Source of the DNA: Lama guanicoe
Lineage: Eukaryota
DNA: 64,000 nucleotides
NCBI GenBank assembly: GCA_013239625.1
Contig: MU057340.1
Span: forward strand, 7,458,931 to 7,522,930
Reading direction: 5' to 3'
A model generated the notes under the pieces. The model had not been told where the DNA came from. It worked only from the letters and a program-made list of their open reading frames with translations, and did not search any database. Positions 38,220-51,381 of the stretch are shown one piece after another (positions within the stretch are counted from its first letter, which is position 1; each line of letters starts with the position of its first letter). Both the position numbers and the translations under genes were made by a program.

Positions 38220-38580
38220 TTGCTGGGTGAGAACCATCCTAAAACTTCCCATTCTGTAGTATCTCATGAGCTTATGGCTCGGGAATTCAGGCAGGACTCA
38301 GCTGGGCAGTTCTGCTCCAAGTAGCTTTGATGTAGATCACTCACTGGTATTTAGCTGGTGGGTGGGCTGCCCTAGAGGCCCCAAGATGACTTTGATTGCA
38401 TGTCTGCACTTGGCAGGGATGGGTGGAAGGCTGGGTTCAGTTGACACTATGATCACAGCGTGGTGACTGGACTACTTACACAGCTGCTTGGGGCTCCCAG
38501 ACAGAGTATTCCAAGACAGGAAATAAAAGCTTTTACTCTTTTAAGTTCTGGGCTCGGAGCTTGCACAGCATCACTTGTAC
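38220..38580 (-). mobile_element. MaLR MLT1-type LTR fragment
   Basis: gggaattcaggcaggactcagctgggcagttctgctcc...gcacagcatcactt. Confidence 0.65.
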
Positions 38581-38914
38581 AGAATTTCCAAGCTTACTGA
38601 AAGAAGGGGCCACTCTCACTAACTCTGCCCCGTGCATTCCACTTATATCACCTCCAGGCCCCTGCCCCCTCCTCTCCAAGTCTCCTGAAACTTATCTGCC
38701 TGAGGTCACCACGATCCTCCTTGTCAGCAAATTCAGAGGTTTTTTTTTTCCTATACACATTTTATGTAAATTCTCTGGACCGGTGGACCTTGTCAACCAT
38801 TTCTTTCCTGCAACTCTCCTCTCTGGGTTATTCACAATAGCTTCGTTTCCTCTTCATTTCTTTTAAATGTTGTCAGACCTCAGGGTTCTGTCCTTTGGCT
38901 TCTTGCCTTCCCCA

Positions 38915-39119
38915 CTAGTGTTTCTCTACCAGGGACAATTGTGCTCCCCAGGGATGTTTAGCAATGTCCAGAGACAGTTTTGGTCATCACAAGTGGAACG
39001 CTACTGGCATCTGGAAGGCAGAGGCCAGGGATGTTGCCAAACACATGCACAGGACAGCTCCATGCCACAAATAATTATCCAGTCCTAAATGTCAAAAGTG
39101 CTGGAATTCAGAAATGCTG
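38915..39119. mobile_element. MER20 (hAT-Charlie MITE)
   Basis: ccccagggatgtttagcaatgtccagagacagttttggtcatcacaa...gctactggcatctg...gaggccagggatgttgccaaaca...aaatgtcaaaagtgctg. Confidence 0.85.
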
Positions 39120-42100
39120 CTGTGGCTTTAAAAAGAGGGTACTGGAGAGAAGATGAATCTTGCCAGCTTCCCCTTTTTGGGAGCTGTATCTGAAAAGGGG
39201 TCTCCCTGGTGGACAGCATGGTGTGATGGAAGGGCAAGGGCTTCATGGTAAAGGGGTCTGGGTTTAAATCTCAACTCTCCCAACGTGGAGATCATAACTC
39301 TATCTTGTAGAGTTATCTTGCTGCCAAATCAGATAATCTAGATAAAATAACAAGTCCATAGTAGGTTCATAAATGTTAGCCCTTTCCTTTAAACCACATG
39401 GCACAGCAGATGTCCTCATCACGGCTGGACTTAGGTCACCATTTAAAACTTGGGAGGTACTTACTACATGATAGGAGTTGAGTAAATATTTGCAGAAGGA
39501 AATACAAACAAATGAGCCACCTTACCTCTTTAAGGGGTTGGTTGCCCTGAGAGCTCTCTAGCTAAGTTGGTTTTCTTTCTTCTGTCCTTGTGGGGCCGAG
39601 GGTTTAGAGGTAAATTGCATAGCTCTAATTGCACTGAAAGAACAACCGTGAGGTTTTATGAGGCTAGGTTGTTGACTTGACATGCCATCCTCCAATTAGA
39701 GGGCAGGTGACTGCCCATCCTCTAAGGCAGTAAACATAGCCTTTCTCTTGCAGTCACAGCAAAAGTAGCAGAGGAGGAATAAATTCAGAGGCCTCTGTGG
39801 GCATCTCTTGGTCCTTAGTATTGGCACTAATTATAAAAAAAATAGGTTTACCTATTTGGCGGGGGGTGGAGGGGTGGGTCTTTCTCCCTTTGCTTTTTTG
39901 ATGCCTATGCAGAAGCCATCAACCTAACTTTTTTCTGAGATTCAAAGAAAGAATCATGATGGAGACTGCCCTTTGGGATTTTATACAGTGTAAATCATTG
40001 ACACTTAACATCTCCCTTTATGTCCTTGTCTCCTTCTGATTCACTTTCCATGTGGTCATCAAGGTAAGGAAGTTTTGGAAACACAAAAAGCATCATGCAC
40101 TCTCCCCTACTTCACATTACATTTAAGATGAGAACAAAAATTTCCCAGCATGTCGTATAAACTTGCCTGTGGTTAAGCGTCTTTCCTTTGCGACTCCTCT
40201 TTCAGATCTCCCTCACTTCTGACTGGGTCAAAGACCCCTCACAGAGCTGTGGGCCTCTCCTTCATGGTCCTTGGCAAAGTGAGACAATTTTTCAGTTATT
40301 AGTGTCCTTCTTTGATTAATATCAGTTTCTCTCTCTCTCATAAACTCTTTGCTTCCAGGCAGCAGAGATCGTGTGTCTTTTGGCTTTCCATTGGGTCCCC
40401 AGAGCCTGACACATAACATTGGCTCAGTAAATACTCTTAAAGCAAAATGGATGACATCATTAGTAAGTATCACTTCCCCACTTCAGCCTGGGACCCAACC
40501 CAAACCCACTTTTGTTAAAATATGTAGCAACCAGTTTTAGCCAAAGAAGTGAGACAGAAATAAAACAAGTTCATTGATGATGATGATGGTGACAGATAAC
40601 ATGCATGCAATATTAATAAATAATTAAATGATAGAATAATTATACCTAGAAGTTAAATCTTAGTATTTATTGAGTGCTTACTGCACGCCAGGTACTGTGC
40701 TAGGTAATGAGGGTAAAATACGGAGCAAAATCAGATATGGTGCCTTCCATGTATTATCTCATTCAGCAGGTCCATTAATTAGGTACAATTATTTTCTCAT
40801 TTTGTAGATGAGAAATTGTGGAAGCTTAAGTAAATTGTTCAGGATCATATAGCCAGTAAGTTGCTGACAGAGCAGGTATTTGGACCCAGGAGTGACTCCA
40901 AAGCTATTAACCATTCACTTGTGTAATTTTAGAAGAAAAGGGATTAGGTTAGGTTAATGCGTCGACCTGAGAGGTAATATCTATCAGCGAATGCTGCAGA
41001 TACTAACAGACCCACCGCTATCCACAATGGATTGAGCATGACTGCGTGGCAGACACCGTTTTAGGTACTCTACGCACATTTTCTCTAATCTTCAAAGCAA
41101 TTCTACTGGTCGATATTATCATCTTCACTTTACAGGTGAGTCAACAAAGGCCCGGGTAGGAGGAAGAGGCAGGGAAGAGGGCAAAGACAGGTGGGACACT
41201 TGAAAACCTTCCAGCTTTTAAAGTCTTTAATACAACTTTTAAATTATACTTTAAAAGCAAGAAAACCTTTGAATTCAGTCAGACACACCAAACCCAGACT
41301 GTGCAATGTTGAGACATTGAATCATGGACTTTTACAAGTGAGAAAGACCTGAGAGATCATCTAATCTAAACCCTTCATGGGCCTTCTGACTGAGTATAAA
41401 ATTAGCTGACTCTTAGGCAGCTCAGAGCTTTCGTTTTATTCAGATAATGTTATGATTTATAGGCCAATCACAACTTGCCATTTTAAACCACCTACTCAAT
41501 TTAAATGAATTAGTAACCACTTCAATCAATTTATCACTACATTTGCATATAAGAAAAGTATATTCCTTTATAAATATTTTACATTTGTTAGGAGTTACTA
41601 ATTCAGGTGGGCGGTCACCAACAGGGTTCCTCTTCATGGAGGAACGAGATATGAATGCAATTTTTTTATCCAAAGAAGTCCCAGGATCTGAGACACACAT
41701 GTATTCCATGGGAGGAAATCATATTCCCAAATTCCTTGCTCCTTCCCTCCCTCCCTCCTTCTCTTCCACCTCCTTTTTCTCTCTTTTAACCCCATGCCAC
41801 AGCTGCTTTCTCATCTTGAACAAGTGAGGATGGGTCATATGTCAAAGCTTTTGCCCTCTGGTCATTCACAGAATCTAGAATGCTTCTGACTCCCCATGCC
41901 ATTCAAAAGGGGTACCTTAGAGAAGAAAAGATGACATTATCTGTGAAATTGAAGGCTCACCTGAATTTACTTTAACAGGAGAACCCCAGCTCCCCAGGGA
42001 GAAATGTCTGCAAAGATACCGCTGGGAGCTCAGAAGAAAATATTATGTTCTAACCTTTTAAAAATTAATCCAACTATTAGCAGGGATCCCTACTGTATTT

Positions 42101-43589
42101 CATTCAGGCCATAATATGAAAGATACGATNNNNNNNNNNNNNNNNNNNNNNNNNNNNNNNNNNNNNNNNNNNNNNNNNNNNNNNNNNNNNNNNNNNNNNN
42201 NNNNNNNNNNNNNNNNNNNNNNNNNNNNNNNNNNNNNNNNNNNNNNNNNNNNNNNNNNNNNNNNNNNNNNNNNNNNNNNNNNNNNNNNNNNNNNNNNNNN
42301 NNNNNNNNNNNNNNNNNNNNNNNNNCACCGCCACGAATCCTGCTGATAACGAGAGCCTCAATATTGGACTGAACAGAATGATGAATGGAGCACATATCTC
42401 CTCACGCTTCTCATTACAAGCTCTTTCACTCCTGGTGGCACTTAGCAGCATTTATTTACTGGGGTTTGAAGGTGCGGGACAGCGGAACAGTATATCTAAT
42501 ACTTTTAAATGTAGACTTGTGATATAAAAATGAAACAAGAGATAAGATTAGCTCTTTGAATAATTGCACAGCTTTCCTTCCAAGATTATATTCACTAGTA
42601 CTAACATTATTTTGCCCCCCCTAATGTTCTCCTAGTGTGTGAGCAGTTCAAGAAAATTAATTGTCTGAGGCAGAAGGTCAGAGGGAAAAAAATTACTGAT
42701 AAGCATTCAACATGCTATAACATAGCACCTCACCACATTTTGCCTTCCAAAGCCCTCAGTATGTGAACAAAAGATAATAGAAAGACATGGATATACACAT
42801 TCTCCCCAATGCCATATTTAGGGGTGCTTAAATGCTGTTCTTCTTTGGATTCGATTAGGTAAAGGATCTAGAAAGGAAGCCAAATAAATGAAAATAAATA
42901 AAAGTCAAACAAACAACTTATAATATTGCTCAGCTGAAAGCAAATGTAAGAGAAACAAAAAAGTTCTGATAAATAACGTTTACTTTCCCATGAAACTCCT
43001 TTTCAACATGTTATATATTTATAAACCACCAGAGTGTAAATTCTGTGAGTAAGTCCCATCACCTCTCAACCGATAGACGTCATGAAAATTCTAACTACAG
43101 AAAATTGTTAGTATTATCAAAGGGCTCCTTTCTGTAGATTCAAACCTACCTGCTGCTGCAATTTCACAATAGAAAAATCAGACCCTTTCTGCTTGGGCCA
43201 CCAACCAGGGGAAGATCACATCACATCTCACCCCAAGCCATGGCTTACATGTATTCAGGAACAAAGATGAGTCAGTCTGAATGGAAGTGGAGGAGCTGGA
43301 GACCTGCTGTAGGAGAACCCTGAGAGTGTTTCCTTTCCTTTTTGCAGGCAATTGTGTTCAAGGGTAGAGAACAAATCGTAGGTGGATTTATACAAATGAG
43401 TTACTCAGCCCAGCATTTACAAACCCTTGGAGCCATGAGAATGCAATTATCTGTGTGTGTCAACCAAGCACACACCATAGGGACCCACTTTTTAGCACTG
43501 AGCAAAGTAAGTGAGCCCTTTGAGTGGCTGATTTAACCCCATCTGAGTGTATAAAACCTGCTAATAGTGAGGAGGATTTCCTTGTTGGC

Positions 43590-44210
43590 ATTTTTAAAAA
43601 TTGAAGTATAGTTGATTTACAATGTTGTGTTAGTTTCTGGTGTATAGCATAGTGATTCAATTTTTACATATATATGTAAAAAATGCATATATATTCTCTT
43701 TTTCATATTCTTTTCCATTATGGTTTATTGTATGATATTGAATGTAGTTCCCTGTGCTATGCAATAGGACCTTGTTGTTTATCTATCTTATGTATGGTAG
43801 TTTGTATCTATTAATCCCAAACTCCTAATTTATTCTTCCCCCAACTCCTTTCCCCTTTGGTAACCATAAGCTTGTTTTCTACATCTGTGAGTCTGTTTCT
43901 GTTTCATAAATAAGTTCATTTGTGCCATATTTTAGATTCCATATATGTGATGCCATTTGGCATTTGTCTTTCTCTTTTTGACTTGCTTCACTTAGTATGA
44001 TCATCTCTAGGTCCATCCATGTTGCTTCAGGTGGCATTATTTTATTCTTTTTATGGCTGAGTAGTATTCCATTGTGTGAATATACCACATCTTCATCTAA
44101 TCATCTGTTGATAGACATTTAGATTGCTTCCATATCTTGGCTATTGTAAATTGTGCTGCTGCGAGCATTGGGGTCTGTGTGCCTTTTCGAGTTTTCTCCA
44201 GATATATGTA
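43590..44210 (-). mobile_element. L1 3' end (older subfamily)
   Basis: ttgaagtatagttgatttacaatgttgtgttagtttctggtg...ggctgagtagtattccattgt; ORF 43879..44088 is an ORF2 C-terminus remnant (ATWMDLEMIILSE). Confidence 0.92.
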
Positions 44211-45059
44211 AGGGCTTCTGTTACCACTTCTAGCTTAGGATTTCCATAGGCCCTGACCAATGTTCCCTGGACAAATCTTCAGAATAGATAACATGGCCAT
44301 GCAAAGAGTTTCTTGTCTCCTCTATTCTGATCCATCAGAAGCTCATCATATAGACAACTTCCAGTATTTAAATGACAGGCCATTGCAAAGCCACCCTGCC
44401 TGTGACCATAGGTCTCAGCCAGGCCACTCATTCCACCAAGTAGCCATTAGGAAGCCCAGAGCAATGGCCATCAGAGAACTGTATTGTTAGAATAAAAATT
44501 TAACTCAGTAAATTGTAAAGATCTTATTGGCTTTATTTAGTGAATCATGAATTAGGCAGCATCCCATCTAAGACACAGAGAGAAACTCCAAAGAGCTGTA
44601 CAAAATGAAAGGCTTTGTAGGCAGAAGGGAATAGTACAAGGAAGTTATAGCAGCAAAGAGCAGGTTGGTTGTAGCAAAGTCACCTTCCTTTAGGGGACAG
44701 CAGGTTCTATTGGGCAATCCCCTCACTAGTGCAGTCCAGGTGTTTCCAGGCTGACTGGTTTAATGTTCCATTCCTGGGAGAGGATGAAACTACAATTAGG
44801 TTAGGTATTAAGTCTTGGTTTGGTGACAATGAACTTAGCGCAAGCAACTCCAGTTGGGGCCTGTTTTATCTTTTTAAACAATTCTTCTCTGTTGATCAGA
44901 CTCTCAACCTGAGAGATGTGATCGGAACTTAAGGCATTACCACCATTCCCAGATACTGCTCTAAATTTCTCGTAGTTTTGGGTGATCCTTTGTGTGGTAT
45001 TTTCAGATCACTACTTCAGGTGGACATTTTTTATCTTGATCATTCTCTTTTTTCCTTTT

Positions 45060-45760
45060 ATGACATTATAGTTTTAGGGACATCATGTGCTTGCTTTGCA
45101 GAGGCTGTGAACATACATTTAAAGCTTTTGAGAGAATACAGGACACTAGGGAGATGACGATGGTTATTTATAAACAGGATAATTCCCACTATCTGGAGGG
45201 CACTTAGAAATGATGGTGTCCAAGACCCAAACCAGTCGAAATCAAATAAGTCAGAGAAAGACTCCATCGAAGGAACAAGTGGCTTGTTCAGTGATCTTAT
45301 TTATGCAGCTGAGTCTCACCTTCCCTAGAAGTGTTAATCCAAGTGCAGCATGTGGTGTTGGCCACAGCCCAGACACCTCCTTGCTCAGCTCATAGATAAT
45401 CAAGGGATTATTATCAAGAGCAACTTTGACCAGAAAGCCTAAGGATTTTTGCTGGATAGCTATTGTCTTAGCAGTGGGTTCTGCAATATCTTCACCAGTT
45501 AAGGAGAGATTGCTAATCCCAGCTTCATTCATACTCACTCCTAACCGGGGAAGAAGGGACCTGCCAAAGGAAGTGAATTCTTAATCAACCTGACAATATA
45601 AGTTCGGGGGAGTTGACCAATGAGTTGTTTCAGTTTGATTGTGGACAGTTAAGGACACAGATAACCTACAAGGCATTGCTCGGTTATGCACCAACCATCT
45701 AGGCATTCATAGGCTCAAGGAGAATGATAACCAACACAAACAAAGAAATTTTATTCCGGC
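45060..45760 (-). pseudogene. Retroviral env remnant (SU C-terminus + TM), disrupted
   Basis: AYECLDGWCITEQCLVGYL; FTSFGRSLLPRLGV; NLSLT..QQKSLGFLVKVALDN/LDYL*AEQGGVWAVANTTCCTWINTS; FDFDWFGSW..LQIVGIILFI. Contains stops and frameshifts. Confidence 0.9.
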
Positions 45761-46442
45761 ACAAACCATGCCCACGAAGGTGACACCGTTGATGGGTTCA
45801 TTTGCAAGGATTGTCGAATTTGCCTATTCAAGCCAGGAGTCATTTAGGCTTTCAGGACACTTGGGAAATAAAGCTCCTAGCCTGAAATAAAAAGTTGTTC
45901 TAAATTCTTTGCAAAGATGAATAATGCTGGTGATATCTTTTCATGACTGAGGGCAGATCTAAATCAGATCATATAAGAATATCAGATAATAAGAATGTGG
46001 AGGTGCAGATGTTCTATGATTTGCATAATTATTTGTGTCAAATTGGGCAAGTATAGTTATAACAGGGGGAAGGTCAAAACAAGGCTCTGGATGTTCTGGC
46101 TAGAAAAGTCAGACTGTAAGTGACTTCTTAAGAGGGTCTGTTGTAGTTTATGGTGACATTGGAAATAGAAGAGAAATTAGTCACAGGAAGGACCATGGGG
46201 TCTCTAGCACAATGGACAGATCAGAGTTTTTGATGACAAATCCAGCAGGCCGAAAGGTTGCCCTCCCTTAGTAATGGCCTGGGAGATAAGGATGCCAGAA
46301 TAAAGGAAAGGGAGAGAAGAAGAAAGGGTTTCATGTTTAGGTAACATAGGAAATCTTGATCTGGTATCGTGGGTGGAAGCAATCTACCTTCATATTAGCT
46401 ACTTCTCTTTCTACTCAACTTGATTTAGGACCAGATAACATG

Positions 46443-46540
46443 TAGAGCCCTCCTCAGCTGTGCAATGTGTATCCAGGGTTCAAGGCCATCTTGTTTCACC
46501 ATCGTGTCAATGGTTAGGAGCATTTGGTAAAGCTCTTTTC
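46443..46540 (-). pseudogene. Retroviral integrase C-terminal (GPY/F-type) remnant
   Basis: KELYQMLLTIDTMVKQDGLEPWIHIAQLRRA resembles the gammaretroviral WKGPYxVLLTTxTAVKxxGxxxWIHxSxxKxA motif. Confidence 0.8.
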
Positions 46541-47766
46541 ATGAGTGTCACTTCTCAAAAACATCAGAGTAAAACAATAACTATCTATTAGTGTAAAAGA
46601 CTTAAAAATGCCCATTGTTAAAGATCTGATGAGAGTTTACTTGATAAGTAAATGTAGTTATTTCTGGGATATACAGCATTTTAAGATAATAACTGAAATC
46701 ATGACTGATAATATTATACCAGGACATACCAAATTTCCAGAAATTTCATACAATTTGGGAACGTATAACATATACCTATGCAAATATAACTTAAAGAAGG
46801 CTTCATATTACTTCTTATTTGACGATACTTCTCATGCAATTTAATATATCAAATAATTAGCCTAATTAGTTTAATCTGTCTCTCTCTTTTTCTGTCGCCT
46901 TCTCTTTCTCTCTCTCTCAACTTCTCTCTTTTTACAGTAAGAGAGAACAATTCTTTTGAGATGTCCCAGGGGTCTTCTGGAAAATCCCAAAGTTAGTTTC
47001 AAATAAAAAAGACTTCATTCATAATTTGATTTTGGGAAGTGTGTCAGAAATATCAAAAATTTGGATACTTGACTGAAAAGATCACAGATCATTATGAAAC
47101 AATGCTCAATTATCCATTTAACTAAAGTGACAGTAGAAGATGTTAAAGGCAAACACATAAAGTCACACAGCTAGGAACACAACTTAAATCTGTTAATATT
47201 AGGAAGATTCAATTTTCTTAATTAATCAAAGAGTTGATAAAGACAATATGGAGCACAGTAAATTATTTTGATAAGATACAGAATCTTTGCTGTCTAGACA
47301 GATTACTTAAAAGGTAAAGAAACTGTCCCAATTTTCTTATCAAAATAGACCAAAAATCCAATAAACACTTTGTCCTTGTAACACAGAGAAATTTAACTCT
47401 AATTTTGTATTAGTGTACTATTGATATTAAAATTCATTTTTTGACTTAAATAAATTCATTCCAATCTTAGCTAGCTTGACCACATATAAAATTCCTTTCC
47501 AAAGATTCTTTTTCACAAATCTACAACTTATAAAATGTCTCTTCAAATTTTTTAATATGTCTTTTCTGCTTTATCATTCTGGAACAATCAATCATTTTAC
47601 TTTCCTTACCTACTTTTCATACACAGCTGTTTTCTTTCACACTTATTACTTCTAAGTAGTTTTAATTACATGTATTAATTAAAAATTTGAATCCTTAGAG
47701 TCCTTAATTCCTAGTGAAGGCTAAGCTGTAAGCAGTTTTGGACTGTCTATTACAGTAGCATTCTGC

Positions 47767-48175
47767 TGTGAACAAAAAATACTTCAAACCATATCAGTAA
47801 ACAAAGAACGCTGAAGCCATCAAGTCATCAGCCGCTGCCTCCACCTACCCGCCCCCCCCAATACTGGCCCTAGATAGCTAGATGCTTGTCAAAGGAATGA
47901 TTTCAATGAGCCCAAATGTCTGCTTCCTCCCAGACATAGAAAAGCGCTAAATTCTATAACTTGAGAGGCCCAGTTTTCTTTAGATAACAAGCAATCTTTT
48001 ATTGTTCCAACTACCTGGTCTTTGTTGTAAAGCTCCTACATATCCTAGCTCCTCCCCTACCTCTTGGGAGCAGCCCCTCAGAGCGATCTGAGAGGCTGTC
48101 GTCCCGGCTCGAGTCCTCCCGCCAAATAAAACAATAACTCTCAACTTTTCGGCTGCGCATTTATTTCAGTCGACA
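47767..48175 (+). mobile_element. Younger ERV1-like solo LTR nested in the ERV internal region
   Basis: TG...CA ends, AATAAA near 48125, retained CpGs, flanks ctgc/ctgt. Confidence 0.75.
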
Positions 48176-50101
48176 CTGTGAATTGGCAAACTTATAAAGA
48201 CATTTTATAATTTCTAGAGACATACTTCTTCATAGCACAATTTTTCAACGTGGCACAAAACATGTTCACCAATAGAACCAAATATCTTAAGTTTCCTGGT
48301 AATAAGAAGCCAAAAGTCAATAAACTTGTGTTTGGTAATTAATGTTTCAATGTTTTATTTTATTTGGAAATGATCTAGATATTTAGACTACCCATAATTT
48401 AATTAACTTAGCAAAACTCTAAAGTTTCAAGTTATCAGAAAGATTTGGGGAAACTACTTAAGTAGACATACTGTAAAACACAATTATTGCTAAAAAGTCA
48501 CATAAAAATTCTTATCTCAATCACATCTATTTAATTCACTTATTCCTAACAATTATGTTTAGACTACCCCCCAAAAAAACTTCATGAGGCAGTAGACAAA
48601 GTCTGCCATCACCCCAAACTATTTTTCCTGCTGAAAAATCCTGTAACAGAGATAACATGAAATTATTTGATTAGTAAACCCAGGTTGAATATGAATTGCA
48701 TATCTGCATTATTTTCAATAATATCAATGTTGATAACTCTAAAGACATGTCTATTTTAATTAAACCAACAAACGTAAACTAGCTTTTATTAACTGAATAT
48801 TATCCTAGATCATAATGTACTTGAAAAATAGTTGGGGGAGTTTTGTTTTTAAATTTCTGAGAGTATACGTAATTTATATAGTGCTTGCTTGTTTTTAAGC
48901 CAACTAAATAGAGTGCTTTACAAATTAATTTTAGCAATACCATTTGAAAGTAGAAAAAAAATCACACATCTTTAACATACATTCATAAACACACATAAAT
49001 GTGCAGACAGACACAGAGATCTTATAGCTTTCATTTTAAAATTGTAGCCTCATGGATATGGTAATATAAAACTCACTAGTTTATAAAAGAAGTTGGATTT
49101 AAATTGTGTTTTGGCAAATGGAGTAAGTTAAGTTTACTTGCCCAGATGGTAAACTTTTTACTAATAGTTTTGAGGAAGACACTTACAATTTGTCATTTAC
49201 CTGAGTTCCAAATAACTTTTCCCCTTTTGTTTTTCTTCTGATAAGAATTATTTTCCTAATGTTTGTATTCCAAAGGGATGGCCTAGATGAGAGTCCCTGG
49301 AGAAGGCCAGGTAGAACATTTATATCTCAAAGGCACGGAGAAAGAATGCAAGTTTCTCCAAGAAGGACTTTTGTTTTCTAAGGCCAGAGTTTTTATCAGT
49401 CTTTTAAAATAAATATGGGAGATTAGGGCTTTGCAAAAAAGGTAGGTGAATTTTGAGTTGTTTCTGGAGCCAAGTTTCTGGTCTTACAAAGATTTGCTAA
49501 GATAAGGATAGTCGCTCTTAATTCCTCAAAGAATTGGTTTGCAGCCTAGATGATATGAAAGGGCTGATCCTTCCACCCAACCACATTATCTTCAATTTGC
49601 TTTTTTATGTCAGGGAGATTTCCAACTAAGACAGAAATCAAAAGATTTTTATGTTCTGGATTTAGAACCGTTTGTCTTTGGAATGTTTTAGTAAATTCTT
49701 TCACAAAGGCCTCAGAATGTTTCCCTGTCCCTCTGGGTGCACAGTTTTAGTTTAGTTTAGGGAAGGAGGCTGAAAATATTTCTAGCAGTATTGAACAATC
49801 CCGTGGACACAAGAGGTGTTTCCAAAGAAGGTGCAAAAATATTACTCTCCCAAGATGCAGAGCACTCCCCAAGACAACCAAATAGACAGTCCCCCTGAAC
49901 GCTGGCGATAGAGTAGCTGCAGATGGAGTTCTGCCCACATTGCTGATGGTTACCAAGCTGAATCCTCAGGACACAAAACAAGACACATAAGAGGGGAGCA
50001 CCTGTCACTGGGAGAGGAAGGATCAATAATCAATGGGTCTGAATTTGGAAAGAATAGGACCACATGAAATTTTTATTTTTTATTTTTCTCTTTCAACAGG
50101 G

Positions 50102-50350
50102 TGTTACTGAACTCAGGTCCAGCTGCTCACCACTCAGAAACCAAGACTTGGGAGAGACAATTGTGATAGAAAGGAAAGTTGCTTTTAACCAGAATGCCGG
50201 CAGTCCGGGGCGACAGTGAACTCAGTGTCTGCAAAAACCAACTCCGAAGTTTCTGTTCAGCCATGAAAGTTTTAAAGGGAAAAAGGGGATATTTTAAAGG
50301 GAAAAATCTCAGTTAATCACCGAGACAAGAGATCAGATTTGTCACCATCC
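50102..50350 (-). mobile_element. Fragment of a different ERV1 LTR replacing part of the 5' LTR
   Basis: Begins tgttactgaac (reverse complement of the U5 end ...ttcagtaaca, like the 11148 LTR); not similar to the 44485 LTR. Confidence 0.55.
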
Positions 50351-51154
50351 TCCCTTCCTTTAGGGGTCCTGTTAGACAGATTACCTCACTAGTGCTGACC
50401 GAGTAATTCCTGATTGACTGGTTTAAGATTCCATTCCTGAGAGAGGCTGAAACTGTAATTAAGTGAGGTATTAAGTCTTGGTTTAATGATATGGGACATA
50501 GCAAAAGTGACTCCATTTTGGGTGTTTTGTCTCTTTTTTAACACTACTGATCAATTTCTTCCAGTCCACATTCTGTCTGCTAGTACCCATGGAACCCTTC
50601 AGTAGTTTGTCTGTGTGTGTGTGTGTGTGTGTAGTTTGCAGCTGTTTTGGGGTTGTTGGAATCAGTATATAGTAGATGGGGAAAGTATTAAAGTTATGCA
50701 ATTTGTATACAGAAATGATAATATTTTCCGGGCTTCCAGGAAGAAATACATAGCTATCCTTTTGAGGTTTATTTTACGTTCAGAGAAAATTTGAAACTAA
50801 TCAAAGTAAATAGCCTGTGTCCACTTCCCATCACAAACCACTAGACTGAAATGGTATGAAAATAACAAGATATCATTTACTCTTTCTTTTTGGGTACCAG
50901 GAACATCTTACAGAGAATTTGGGTAAATTGTGCTCTTTCCAAAAAAATAAAAACAAAAAAAAACCATGAAAAAATTGATTGATAAGTTAAAATTTATTGA
51001 TAACCTATTCTGAGCTAGGAGTTACAAAGTATTCAAAATAAGTCATAGATCCTGCCCTCAGTGGACTTAACCATCATTGAGAAGATACACAGAAACATCA
51101 AAGTGTGAGTCCCAACATGAAGCATTTGCTAAGTACTAAAGAAGTGGTGTAGAC

Positions 51155-51381
51155 CAGAGTTTGGCAATTTTTTTCTGTAAAGAACAGATAGTAATTATAT
51201 TAGGCGTGCATTTCATATGGTCATTGGGCTTGCTCCACTACTCAGGTCTGCCCTTGCAGAGAGAAAGCAGCTCCAGACAGCACATAAATGAATGGGCGGG
51301 ATTGTGTTCCAATAAAACCGTATTTACGAAAATAGATGGCAGGCTGAATTTGGAAGGAGGACCATGGTTTGTTGAGCTCTG
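51155..51381. mobile_element. MER58A (hAT-Charlie MITE)
   Basis: tttggcaa...tttttctgtaaag...cagatagtaa...actactca...aaatgaatgggc...tgtgttccaataaaac. Confidence 0.85.

Larger units (their letters stand above)
44485..50543 (-). mobile_element. Decayed class I (ERV1, MER4-group-like) provirus
   Basis: 3' LTR at 44485-44880 with adjacent PPT; homologous partial 5' LTR at 50352-50543; env and integrase remnants; long AT-rich internal region. Confidence 0.85.

Noticed and set aside
42326-42530. Open frames next to the 42130-42325 gap
   Set aside because: Short, with no recognisable homology or splice context; gap-edge sequence is unreliable.
45058-45538. Possible domesticated env (syncytin-like) gene
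   Set aside because: In-frame stops, frameshifts, a mutated CX6CC and no furin site.
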